Source: an uncultured archaeon
GTDB lineage: Archaea; Asgardarchaeota; Thorarchaeia; Thorarchaeales; Thorarchaeaceae
Assembly: GCA_964648855.1 (NCBI GenBank)
Contig: CAZYLT010000003.1
Coordinates: 60,001-92,000 of the forward strand
DNA length: 32,000 bases
Reading direction: 5' to 3'
Shown piece by piece: positions 1 to 9,400 of the stretch. The stretch's first letter is position 1. Each line of letters begins with the position of its first letter. The notes under the pieces are model-generated. The model had not been told where the DNA came from. It searched no databases and saw only the letters and a list, made by a program, of their open reading frames with translations. The translations under genes were made by a program, and so were the position numbers.

Positions 1-2
1 CT

Positions 3-335
3 TTCGCTGAGCTGGGCGAACCCGATATTGAAACGGCAGAAGCAGTCCATACAGAAACCGACGAGGATGATATTGACGCCCTTGAATCGCATGTGCTTGG
101 GCTGATGGAGGAAGATGAACCCCTACCCAAACCAGTGTCACCTGATGGTGAAGTGTACTATGAAGAAGGTAGTAGCATTCCAGTCATTTTTGCTAGGACT
201 GCTGATAGAGGACCCTTACAACGAGCAGAAGATAATCTGTCCACAAATGGGAATGTGTCTCCAACTGATGAAACGTCAGCTCACGTGGTAGAGCGGATGA
301 TAAAGGGCAACAGCGGCAGCAAGAGAGGCGAATGA
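3..335 (+). CDS. 3' part of an ORF entering from the left edge; very acidic, low-complexity C-terminal tail; function unknown
   Basis: The frame is open from nt 3 (FAELGEPDIETAEAVHTETDEDDIDALESHVLGLMEEDE...) to TGA at 333-335. The next gene starts 1 nt later. Confidence 0.75.
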   Translation, partial: FAELGEPDIETAEAVHTETDEDDIDALESHVLGLMEEDEPLPKPVSPDGEVYYEEGSSIPVIFARTADRGPLQRAEDNLSTNGNVSPTDETSAHVVERMIKGNSGSKRGE

Positions 336-336
336 T

Positions 337-1014
337 TTGCTCGACAATCCACTGAACAAATTGACTCAAGAGAAAACGATTACCCATATCGGAGGAGCCA
401 GCGGATCAGGTAAGACCATTCTCGCCGCCGAGCTAGCAGCTCAGAAAAGCAGAACAAATTCAGTTGATTGGCTATGTGCTGATGGCAAAAGAGCCTTCAT
501 TGGATATCTGAAACGTGCTGTGAAATCCTCTGGCGGAGTTCAGAGCAATCTCATTCTAACTGTCGCTGATAATCATCAGGATGTCTTACAGTCAATTCTA
601 TCCACTCCCGATCGCCTAAGATCCAACACTGAATTCATCGTTGTTGATCCGATAACTAGGGTCTTGGATATGTCTCGTAAAGATGAGATTATGTGGGGCA
701 GAACTCTCTTCGAAGAAGCACTACCCACCCTTGTAGGTTTGAGCATTCAGAGGGACCTATCGCTTTTGATAACTAGCGAAGTGAGATTTAGGGGCGACAA
801 GACAACACCTGTATTCTGGGATACTCTCAGAACTTGGCTTGATGCTGACTTCTTAATCAAGAGACTACCCGATTCGAATATATCTGAAATCTATGACGTA
901 ACTGACCCGAATACTGAGAATTTCTTAACGAGTTTTACAGTGAATGAAGACGGGCTTCACTTTATTGAAGACGAATCCAAAAGGGGGACAAAGGAAAATT
1001 GCTCGGAGGAATAG
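337..1014 (+). CDS. RecA-superfamily ATPase, RadB / Rad51-paralog-like (core domain only)
   Basis: Walker A ITHIGGASGSGKT, strand ending WLCADG, Walker B FIVVDPIT, LLITSEVR strand and C-terminal FTVNEDGL hairpin typical of RadA/RadB. No N-terminal HhH domain. TTG start. Confidence 0.8.
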   Translation: MLDNPLNKLTQEKTITHIGGASGSGKTILAAELAAQKSRTNSVDWLCADGKRAFIGYLKRAVKSSGGVQSNLILTVADNHQDVLQSILSTPDRLRSNTEFIVVDPITRVLDMSRKDEIMWGRTLFEEALPTLVGLSIQRDLSLLITSEVRFRGDKTTPVFWDTLRTWLDADFLIKRLPDSNISEIYDVTDPNTENFLTSFTVNEDGLHFIEDESKRGTKENCSEE

Positions 1015-1952
1015 TATACCGCATAGTCAAATGGGCTATCATAGCTGCGGTTGCATTACTAATCGGCTCGCAGCTGATGTCCTCCGTGTATTCTATTGTG
1101 CTAGCGTTCAGATTGGGCAACTCAGTTCCCTTCATAGGAGTCTTACTTGTTGCTACAACTCTAGCCTGGCTATCAGGGAGAAATTACGATTGGAATCTGG
1201 CAGACCTTCTCATCAATGTCATTGCAGGTGTAGCTCTCACTCTTTCGATGCTCTCAGTCTTCTTTATACTTCTATCATATGGAGTTCTCATATCGATTAT
1301 CGGTAGCAGTGTTTATGTTGGACTTCTGACAATCATTCGTACACCGGAACTGGCTAAGCGAATGCATGAGAGCCAGATAGCAGGATCTCTTCAATATATG
1401 GATTGGATTTCTGGGACACAGAGCAAGGGTTTCTTGGTTCACAAGATGCTAGAAAGTCTGGACGTGTCGGTCTCCTTGCTGCCGACTGGGAGCATCAGCA
1501 GAATCCTGCCACTATTGAAAGATAGACCACGGCTTCCCATTGTCATTACCCATTTCTTGGATGCCGATGCTCTCTTTGTCAGAAACCCACACTCAGAAAA
1601 GATGAACAAAATCCTTGAGTTACTGAAAACCGTGGACGTGCTGCCGCTGAACACACCATCTAACTTTTTTTCGCGATTTATCCTGAGCCTTCCCATGTTG
1701 GACAATAGTGAATCCCATCATGATTACGTAGTTGTTCAAGATGCCTCTGCCGTCGAGAGGTTGCTATCAGAGGAGTTAGCAGAATTAACCCTCTACGCCT
1801 CTCCTATTGGGCCCGTAATGGTGGTCGCGAAAAGCGATGCCTTAGGGATGGATGCAGTTGACATCCCAAAACGCTATTTGCCAACTATCCTCGTCAAACG
1901 AGATATTGAGGGATTGTTATCTTCAATTGAGGTGGAGCCGGCTGCCAAGTAA
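999..1952 (+). CDS. Hypothetical membrane protein: about 4 N-terminal TM helices plus a soluble C-terminal domain of about 200 aa
   Basis: The first ~113 aa contain four hydrophobic stretches and the remainder is an alpha/beta-like soluble region. Overlaps both neighbours. Confidence 0.75.
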   Translation: MLGGIVYRIVKWAIIAAVALLIGSQLMSSVYSIVLAFRLGNSVPFIGVLLVATTLAWLSGRNYDWNLADLLINVIAGVALTLSMLSVFFILLSYGVLISIIGSSVYVGLLTIIRTPELAKRMHESQIAGSLQYMDWISGTQSKGFLVHKMLESLDVSVSLLPTGSISRILPLLKDRPRLPIVITHFLDADALFVRNPHSEKMNKILELLKTVDVLPLNTPSNFFSRFILSLPMLDNSESHHDYVVVQDASAVERLLSEELAELTLYASPIGPVMVVAKSDALGMDAVDIPKRYLPTILVKRDIEGLLSSIEVEPAAK

Positions 1953-2670
1953 GACTCTCACTCTAGACAACGCAGAGGAGAATGACCTATCAATAGTGGC
2001 TCTATCCCCCAAGAAATTACAGCAACTCTTGGGGAAAACATTGGTGCCAGGTGAAATATCCCTCCTGCATGGAAGGGAACGATCTCTCTTGACTCTGTTG
2101 ACTCATTTGATATGTACAAACATAGGAATTTCAGGTCAGAGTGCCCTCTATCTGGACTCGGGTCGTAATTTTTCCCCACTCATCATTAACAAGATGCTAA
2201 AAACTCTCTCCAAAAAAGAGAGTGCAGAAGTGCTCTCAAGAATATCGGTAGGAGAGGTCTATAATTTGGAAGATATTGAAACAATTTCTTCACAGATTGA
2301 CGCGGTTGATGGTCCATCACTAATTGTCCTTGACAATCTAACAGGATTGCTGAATTTATCAACCTCTCCAGGAAAGAAGGGCAGGCAGCGTCGGTTATTC
2401 GCTGCTCTAGACGAAACAAGACGCCTCGTGAACAGAAGAAATGTCCACGTACTAATAACCGACCATTCAACAGCTGATTGGCAATCTGGTAGCTTCAAGC
2501 CTATCGGCGGCAATGTGGTCGCGCACGCGGTGGACTCATTGAGCCTTGTAACAAAAGTAGAAACTGAAGATATTGTGAATATCAAGGTTGAACGTTCTCC
2601 CCATGTGAACGCCCCTGCAGGCATATTGGTTAGACTCAATCATCGGGGTGCCTTTGAACTGGAGGCTTAG
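1942..2670 (+). CDS. RecA/Rad51-fold protein with degenerate Walker A (probably ATPase-dead paralog)
   Basis: LQQLLGKTLVPGEISLLHG(RERSLLT) has no GKT lysine. ALYLDSGRNFSP, Walker B LIVLDNLT, VLITDH and PIGGNVVAHAVD match RadA/Rad51 motifs. The start is probably CTG 1942 (after GAGGTGGAG) or TTG 1927 rather than ATG 1852. Confidence 0.8.
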   Translation: MPSKTLTLDNAEENDLSIVALSPKKLQQLLGKTLVPGEISLLHGRERSLLTLLTHLICTNIGISGQSALYLDSGRNFSPLIINKMLKTLSKKESAEVLSRISVGEVYNLEDIETISSQIDAVDGPSLIVLDNLTGLLNLSTSPGKKGRQRRLFAALDETRRLVNRRNVHVLITDHSTADWQSGSFKPIGGNVVAHAVDSLSLVTKVETEDIVNIKVERSPHVNAPAGILVRLNHRGAFELEA

Positions 2671-2672
2671 GG

Positions 2673-3662
2673 GTGGGAGTCGGGCATTGGGATTTCATCC
2701 ATTTTCACTGGCATGATGTCGAAGAAATCTCTCCTCGAGTTATAGCCATTGACACCCCAAACTACATGATTCGCAGAATGCAAGCCTTCGAGTACCGGGC
2801 AAAAATAACGAGCGAACGTGTGCCTTCAGCTCATATCTATGTTGCACTCAGTATAATCCGCGCCTTCCTAAAATCCGACTTCATACCTATTTTTGTTTTT
2901 GATGGGCCACCAGAATCTCTTAAACGTCCTACGAACCCTCAGTTGGTCGCACTAGCCAGAGATGCCTATGAACGTTTTAGTGAACGACAAGACATTTACG
3001 ATACACATCTTGCCCATAATCTTTGGGAGAATCGGCCTCTACGCTGGTATTTTGCCGTGCTTCATATTAAGGACCTATGCAGTAGCATTGGAATTCCCTC
3101 TTTTACCGCCCCTTCTGAGGCTGAAATGATGGCCGCCTCAATATGCCGAAATGGTCTTAGCGGTTCAGTCTTGTCCAATGATGTCGATACATTGCTTTTT
3201 GGAAGCCCATATTTATCCCGTGCCGTTAAGATGAGTTGTGGCGAGGTGGAGTCAGCAACACTAGGTCGGATTATGCACGAGGTTGGAATCGACCTTGAGC
3301 TCCTTCGCGACTTGGCAATTGTGACAGGTTGTGATTTCCACAAGGGAATAAAGGGAATCGGCCCGCGAAAAGGTGTCGTGCTTCTACAGCGTTTCGGTGG
3401 ACTTGAGGGATTGCTAAAAGCGAGAGGGTTCGGAGTAAGCGACCGCGAGGAATTTCTCAGCGCTAGACAAGTGCTGGACGAGGCTGACTATTTGTCCGTG
3501 AATCGAGTTAATACTAGATTGAATGCTCCTATTGAGTCAAGAATTATTGAGATTCTTTCTCCTATAATGGCAAAAGAAAAAGCTGAAAAACAAGGCAGGG
3601 AACTCGTGAATTTCTGGAAGGATTTTGGCAAAAGCCAAGCCACTCTTGAGAGATGGACCTGA
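2673..3662 (+). CDS. FEN1/XPG (Rad2) family 5' structure-specific nuclease, divergent paralog, with C-terminal PCNA-interacting (PIP) box
   Basis: N-terminal MGV, IAID, PIFVFDG, APSEAE, SNDVDTLLFG and H3TH motif GCDFHKGIKGIGPRKG. C-terminal QATLERW. Confidence 0.9.
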   Translation: MGVGHWDFIHFHWHDVEEISPRVIAIDTPNYMIRRMQAFEYRAKITSERVPSAHIYVALSIIRAFLKSDFIPIFVFDGPPESLKRPTNPQLVALARDAYERFSERQDIYDTHLAHNLWENRPLRWYFAVLHIKDLCSSIGIPSFTAPSEAEMMAASICRNGLSGSVLSNDVDTLLFGSPYLSRAVKMSCGEVESATLGRIMHEVGIDLELLRDLAIVTGCDFHKGIKGIGPRKGVVLLQRFGGLEGLLKARGFGVSDREEFLSARQVLDEADYLSVNRVNTRLNAPIESRIIEILSPIMAKEKAEKQGRELVNFWKDFGKSQATLERWT

Positions 3663-3674
3663 CCAGACCCGAAT

Positions 3675-5435
3675 CTAAGTCCAAGGATTCTTGAAAGAAT
3701 TATCCCTGTTGTTCAATGATTTGTCAAGGACAGTAAGATAGTAATTTTTCTTCTCTTTTACAACACCGACTAGAATATCCATGTCTTCTAATCTGCTTTC
3801 TATAACACCTTTCACTACTCCAACTTTATGAAGTGGGATTCGAATATGAAGAACCGCATTTCGGCCAGTTTGACTCGACCGTGTTTGAACATATGGCATC
3901 CTGCAGTTTAGCCAACTACATATGCTATCAATGTCCTCGGGGTCACAATCTTTGATGACTATTAGAATCTCATCTGGCAGTGCATTATAGGATGGTTGTG
4001 GATGATAGAGCACAGAGAGTGCCTGCTGATTCAACAGTATTCGAAGATTCATTCGTGCGGTTGAAGGAGGATATCCCATCATGTCAAGGAAACCGTACTT
4101 GTCCTGTGGCCCTCCCTCATTTGCCAGCAGGATCATGATTAACTCTAGTTGGCTGGGCGTTAAGGCGAGTAGATCTGCGCCTCTCTTGCTTTCCGCATAG
4201 AGCCAACTGTCATGCTCCGCAGGTTTATCGTTACACTCGTACCTCCACGGTTCCACTTTCCACTCATTTGTGTCCAGATTGAATAAATCCAATCGGAATG
4301 AAACCGACTCGAGTTCCGTTCCAATGTGATATGCTATGGAACGCCCCGTCTTCGGCCCACCAGCATTCATGGGTTCAATATGTGTTTCAACCGCAGCGTA
4401 GTCGCCATCAATGAGAGTTCGCTTCTCTACGATACTGTCAGAAACAGGGTCGAGAGACGAGTCAGTGGTGAAAATGTATCGGTACCTCAAGCCAATCCGT
4501 TGCAGATTGGGAATGAATTGTTCTTCAAGTCCTCGCTCGAAGACCCGTCCCTTATACCGTGCACTGCGGTTGGAGACACTTAGTGCTTGCTGAACTAGTC
4601 TGCTAGTGATTTTGGGCTGTGGTTCTAGACCAGTCATCGATTGTATCACAGCGACCATTTCCCTGTTGAGTATGCAAGTTGAGGACGCTAACCGCTGCAA
4701 AACCTCTCTATACGATTTCCTCCTAGGATGGAGCAATGCCCCGTCAAATCTTGGGATAGTAGGGGAGATTGAAGTTAGCGGGAGAGCTAGGTCACTTGGG
4801 TTGTGCAGGGCAGTAATCCATTTCAGCTTTTTCATGCTACCTCGCGTAAGAACTAACAATGAGAAAAGAGCAGCTGTAAATGGGTCTAATACCTCGAATT
4901 CGTCAACCCATGAAGCTGTACGTGGGAGATACCCCATGATATGCCGCGACAATACATAGGCTAGACTGTATCTGATGTGTAATTCACTAAGAACCTCTTT
5001 TCTAATGAGCGGGTGATACTTGTTTGACTCTTTAATCCCCTTAGAATAAGCTGTCCTGTCTATGCTGAGTGAGTTAGTATATTGGGTGAGATCTTGCAGA
5101 ACTACCTCGGGGTGATGAAAGTCTCCAGACCCAACCTCTTTCGCAATGCGCTCGGGAAACTCACGTCCTATGAAGAACGTCGTTGGTAATAGGGATGATG
5201 CTTGCTGCCAAAGAGTATTCCCAATTGGAACAACTCCCGCCTCCTCTGCATCAGTCTTTCTATAGATAATTTGTTCATGAACTGGCTCTCCTGAAAGTGG
5301 GTCCAGACCAAGATTCTTTTCAAACTTAGCAAGATCCGGCTGGTCATTCATATCCCTGTTGAGATAGGTTTCAACAAGGAATCTGTCGGGATAGAAGCTC
5401 TGAGAATCACGAAGATAGCTTTTCAGCAGTTCCAT
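3675..5435 (-). CDS. Large putative transcriptional regulator with two Lrp/AsnC-like (wHTH + RAM) modules and an unknown N-terminal region
   Basis: First module: HTH-like ITSRLVQQALSVSNRSARY followed by FIPNLQRIGLRYRYIF. Second module: LTPSQLELIMILL...MMGYPPSTARMNLRILLNQQAL followed by PSYNALPDEILIVI. ORF of 586 aa. Confidence 0.55.
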   Translation of the reverse strand: MELLKSYLRDSQSFYPDRFLVETYLNRDMNDQPDLAKFEKNLGLDPLSGEPVHEQIIYRKTDAEEAGVVPIGNTLWQQASSLLPTTFFIGREFPERIAKEVGSGDFHHPEVVLQDLTQYTNSLSIDRTAYSKGIKESNKYHPLIRKEVLSELHIRYSLAYVLSRHIMGYLPRTASWVDEFEVLDPFTAALFSLLVLTRGSMKKLKWITALHNPSDLALPLTSISPTIPRFDGALLHPRRKSYREVLQRLASSTCILNREMVAVIQSMTGLEPQPKITSRLVQQALSVSNRSARYKGRVFERGLEEQFIPNLQRIGLRYRYIFTTDSSLDPVSDSIVEKRTLIDGDYAAVETHIEPMNAGGPKTGRSIAYHIGTELESVSFRLDLFNLDTNEWKVEPWRYECNDKPAEHDSWLYAESKRGADLLALTPSQLELIMILLANEGGPQDKYGFLDMMGYPPSTARMNLRILLNQQALSVLYHPQPSYNALPDEILIVIKDCDPEDIDSICSWLNCRMPYVQTRSSQTGRNAVLHIRIPLHKVGVVKGVIESRLEDMDILVGVVKEKKNYYLTVLDKSLNNRDNSFKNPWT

Positions 5436-5806
5436 AGAATTCTATTACTCCTTCGACCCACTCGTTTTTGATTTCCACGAAACTTGTCATGAAATTTTGT
5501 TAGCATCTATTCATCCCTATGTAGTGGTTTGCCTGTTTGGAGTCATTGTAGCTGCAATATCTTGCCTTCGCTTTCGATGATTGATTATTTCTCCAGAGCA
5601 GCAAAGTATGTAAAAGTAGATATTTGTTGTGCCGTTTGCGATGATGAAGAGTTACTATGGGGTCTATAATATCTTAATATGGTCATAAAACATCTCTAAA
5701 CACTTCAATTTGTTTCTTTAATAACAATATATGCGTATAAGTTAAATTGTGTGTTATCAACCTTTCTTTTGGACTAGCGTATATCTTTAGTATCTATCTT
5801 TCTAGC

Positions 5807-5826
5807 ATACTCTCAGACGAGAGTAT
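5807..5826. promoter_or_regulatory. Perfect 8-bp inverted repeat over the translation initiation region of the 5832 gene
   Basis: ATACTCTC-AGAC-GAGAGTAT, ending 5 nt before ATG 5832. Confidence 0.4.
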
Positions 5827-5831
5827 CACAA

Positions 5832-6431
5832 ATGGTTGAAATAGATCCAGTGACAATGGTGATTGCTAATTTGCTATTTGCGGTTCAAATCGCGCCTATA
5901 GTTGTTGTAGTGGTAACTATCATTCGTTCATTTGTTCTACTCCGAGGGCGAAAGAGGGAGTTCGAGGATTGGACAAGAAACCCACTGATGACTGGCCTTT
6001 CTATTGTGTTCCTTCCAGGCACGCTCATCTATACTGCAATAAGATATGTCATCACAAGTGTCCTACAGGTTGATGTGCGGCAAGTTGGGGGGTCCTCGAC
6101 CTATGGGGAGCTGAATCTGTTTTTAGTAGTAGGGCGTGTTCCGAGAGTAGGAGTGGTACTTCTTGCTCTTTTCTCGACAATCGTCCTCACAATCTTCGTG
6201 GCTCTAACCGTGGTTACAATTCCTTTCTTTCTGCTGCTGGACCTTTCCATCAATCTGGTCTGTTGGTACATAGCTGTTGCAGTCCTGTTCAATGCGTCAT
6301 TTCGCAGCGGAGATGCAGAACTTGTAACAAAGGCGCTGAGAGAACGTCCACGCTCGGGAGCTATCGAATTGGTGGCTTTTGTAACAGTGCTCGTATTCAT
6401 CTACTCACATTTTATCGGGGTGACCAATTGA
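5832..6431 (+). CDS. Polytopic membrane protein resembling M50B/DUF3267-like zinc metalloproteases but lacking HExxH
   Basis: About 5 TM segments. FLPGTLIYTAIRYVITSVLQVDVRQV aligns by eye with the family pattern PGxxxHExxH...xxV. WYIAVAVLFNASFRSGDA aligns with the late W...A(F)PSxxD motif. Confidence 0.55.
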   Translation: MVEIDPVTMVIANLLFAVQIAPIVVVVVTIIRSFVLLRGRKREFEDWTRNPLMTGLSIVFLPGTLIYTAIRYVITSVLQVDVRQVGGSSTYGELNLFLVVGRVPRVGVVLLALFSTIVLTIFVALTVVTIPFFLLLDLSINLVCWYIAVAVLFNASFRSGDAELVTKALRERPRSGAIELVAFVTVLVFIYSHFIGVTN

Positions 6432-9400
6432 GAAAGAAATTCATCCTTGTCTACCTAATTGGATTGCTCATATTACTGCCATCCAATACTACTGGAAATT
6501 CAAAGCAAAGACCTGCGTCAGCGCCCCTTATTTCTCCCAGTTTGTCAGAGCTCACAGGAGATTCAGCCAACATGGGCGACTATCTTCTCCTTGAAGCGTC
6601 TGGTCAGGTCATTCCTGAAAAGGGAATTGCTGTTTCTGAAAGGCTTTCAGCACGAGGTCTCTCAGTCCAGATAGTTGATATCGCTGATATTATGATGCAA
6701 CACGAATTGGTGAAGCACGCTCCTGTTCTTATTCTGGACTCAAGCCTTGGATCAGACCAGGGTACAGCAATCAGTGCTGATATTGTTTCTTTGCTCATCA
6801 AATACGACCGACCAGTCGTGTTGCTCGGAAATGCTTGCTGGTTGACTCATAGGTTTAGAGGTGACAATCAAACCGCAGAAACTGCTCCTGTCGAGGGCAA
6901 TCTTTACTTTGCGTCCTCTCAGGCTGGCTCAGTATACTTTTCGTCACCACACCCAATGGTTAATGGGTCCCCCCTTACAACGGAAACTCTGCACCTTCCT
7001 GTGGATCAACCGCAGACAGAGAGGTCAAGGCTTGTTAATTTAACACAAACTCAGAGTAACGATGCCTTAACTTCACTGAGATACGAGTCTTGGCCTCTCG
7101 ATTCTTTTTTGGTGGGAATGGAAGACCCCTCACAATGGTCAGCTGAAGGCACATCATTTCTAGTTAACATCATTGCATATGCGACTGCAATGTCTGAGTC
7201 GAGGCTATCATCCACTATAGCTGATTCACAGAGTGATGGCACCTTTGCAGGCGGATTCGCATATCCCCATACCCCTACAATGGATGCCACCTATCATGCC
7301 ATCAAGATTGCTCATAATTTGCTTAATGATTCTGAATGGACTGTCTGGGTCAACAATCATTCATCAGAGATCATCAATATCCTCGATTCTATGTTTTTCG
7401 ACTTCGGTGCTGAGGCTGGGTTTAGTGGGAATCCATGGAGTTCGACAGTGAGTCTTACAGACACAGCAAATGGACTATGGGCCGTGGAGGTCTGTAATCT
7501 TCAAGCGGAGTTTCCCACAAACGAGCTAGTATCCTATATTAGCACAAGACAAGAGGGTGACGGGGGTTTTGGCAACTCAGTCGATATCACTTTCTATGCA
7601 ACAGAGGCACTATTTGCAACTGATAGCTTATCAACCATAGATCTTCAAGAACTAGGATACTGGCTTGAAGACTGTGAGATAACCAGCGGTGACGCTCCTT
7701 CACAACCTGAGAAATGGGGTGGCATCGCAAAGAATCCCAGTAGTTCTATCCCAACGAATATGTACGCGATGTATGCCGTCTTAGCAAGGAATCTCATGTC
7801 AAATCCTCATAATGACCAAAAGCTGGTTGAATGGATTCTTGACACGTCTAATCCGGACGGATCCTTTTCCAACTCATTAAACTCAGGCGATTCACTGGTG
7901 AGAGGAACTGCCTCTGCGCTAACTAGTCTCAAAGTCAAGGGGCAGCTGTCATCAGCAAATCATACCAACGGACTGGCTTGGCTTGAGGCCAATCAGCTGG
8001 ACTCCGGTGGGTATGGCGTTGATAACAAGAGCTCTGATATCCTCGCAAAAACCAGCGAGACTTCTCTTGTATCATTGACATTGATGTGGTTAGAAGAACA
8101 AACGAATATTGTTGGCATGAATATTCTGGACTATCTTATATCCATTGACAGTGCTGCTGGATTTGAGCTAATGGAACCAGCCTCATCCCTTATGTGGAGC
8201 TCGTATATGAGCAGGTCTTCTCGTTATGCCCATGCTGGTGGGATTGTTGATGTAGATGGTATGAATTCGTATCGGGCAATGTTCTCCTCATTCAGCATTT
8301 ACCCTCCCTTTGGCAATTTCTCGACCGCACACGCTCCTGAATATATGATTAATCAATATTGGACGAATAGTGTTTGGACTCAGCTGTTTGGAGCAATAAT
8401 GTCTACTGAAATTGGTGCCCCCATATCCCCATCAGTTGAATCAGCGGTAGTGCAATACATTCAACAGTGTGAGAATGATGGGGATCACTACCAACAAAAG
8501 ACGATGTCATTTGACCGACGGATGCAATTCACTGTTGCAGCAATAGAAACTCTGTATCTTCTAGATCGCCTTGATGCAATCCAGTATCGTGCGTCCATAG
8601 AGAATCTCATCATGGCAGACTACAATGAAGGCACATGGGACTCGGCAGATTGGAGTCTTCGCCCCTTCGCAGGGACACAATCTGCAATCGACTACCTTAG
8701 TACACGAGCCGCCATGCGATTGGGTTTGGTCGATGAAACAATTGCGGCTGAAATAGAGTCAGTCGTGAACACAAGAATACAGTATTCTGACCTATGGGCA
8801 TTGAGTAGAGATGTGGCTCTCCTTTCTCTCCTCTCCACCGAATTCTCTGTGTCATTTGATGCCATTGATGCTTCTCAAATTCTCAATGCCTTGGGCCCCT
8901 CCCCCTTTGCTAACGGATGGTATAATTCCACAATCTCGTATCAACCAGTATTCACAGCAGATATCATGGAAATGATCTCTATCCTTGGCCTGAGAAACCC
9001 GGTGTTCGATGTTGCGGGAACTCAGCTGTCTGCATCTATGCCGACTCAGGCTCAATTAGGTGGAACGGTATCGATTGATGTTAGCCTAAATTCAAGTTCA
9101 GGGACAGCCACCATCTTTGTTAGCGCATTCGGTAAATGGACAAGATTCGATAATGTGACGAACGATGAGGTTCTAGTCTTAGATGTGTCTTCTAATGCAT
9201 CATCACTAGGTGCTCACGACATATTTCTGATGCTCTGGAACGAGGGAGAATCCCGATCTTTTCATCTCGGTATCATCGAAGTAGTGGGCACCCTAAATGG
9301 GTCTATGACCCTTGAAACACCTTTTGTGCTGACTGGGGATTGGGTTAACGCTACGGTAGAATGGTGGATTTGTTCTGGGGTCGATGCAGGAATAACAAAC

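Noticed and set aside
337-1014. Assigning the gene symbol radA or radB, or calling it KaiC
   Set aside because: It lacks the RadA N-terminal domain and the RadB KHR motif, so the subfamily cannot be fixed without a phylogeny.
1852-1926. ATG 1852 start for the second RecA-fold gene
   Set aside because: It would overlap the upstream gene by about 100 nt. An RBS-like GAGGTGGAG points to a start near 1942.
5407-5490. 27-codon minus-strand ORF (MTSFVEIKNEWVEGVIEFYGTAEKLSS) overlapping the start of the Lrp-like gene; considered as a frameshifted N-terminus, uORF or UGA read-through
   Set aside because: It is short, a second TGA follows soon after, and no slippery site or SECIS-like hairpin was seen. 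ATG 5435 has its own GGAG upstream.
6263-6427. N-terminal 55-aa extension of the giant ORF given in the ORF track
   Set aside because: It lies inside the upstream membrane gene. TTG 6428 gives a clean signal peptide and a stop/start overlap.
7200-9000. Calling the barrel region a squalene-hopene cyclase or alpha-2-macroglobulin
   Set aside because: No DxDD or CGEQ motif was seen, and the domain is extracellular. Only the repeat fold is supported.
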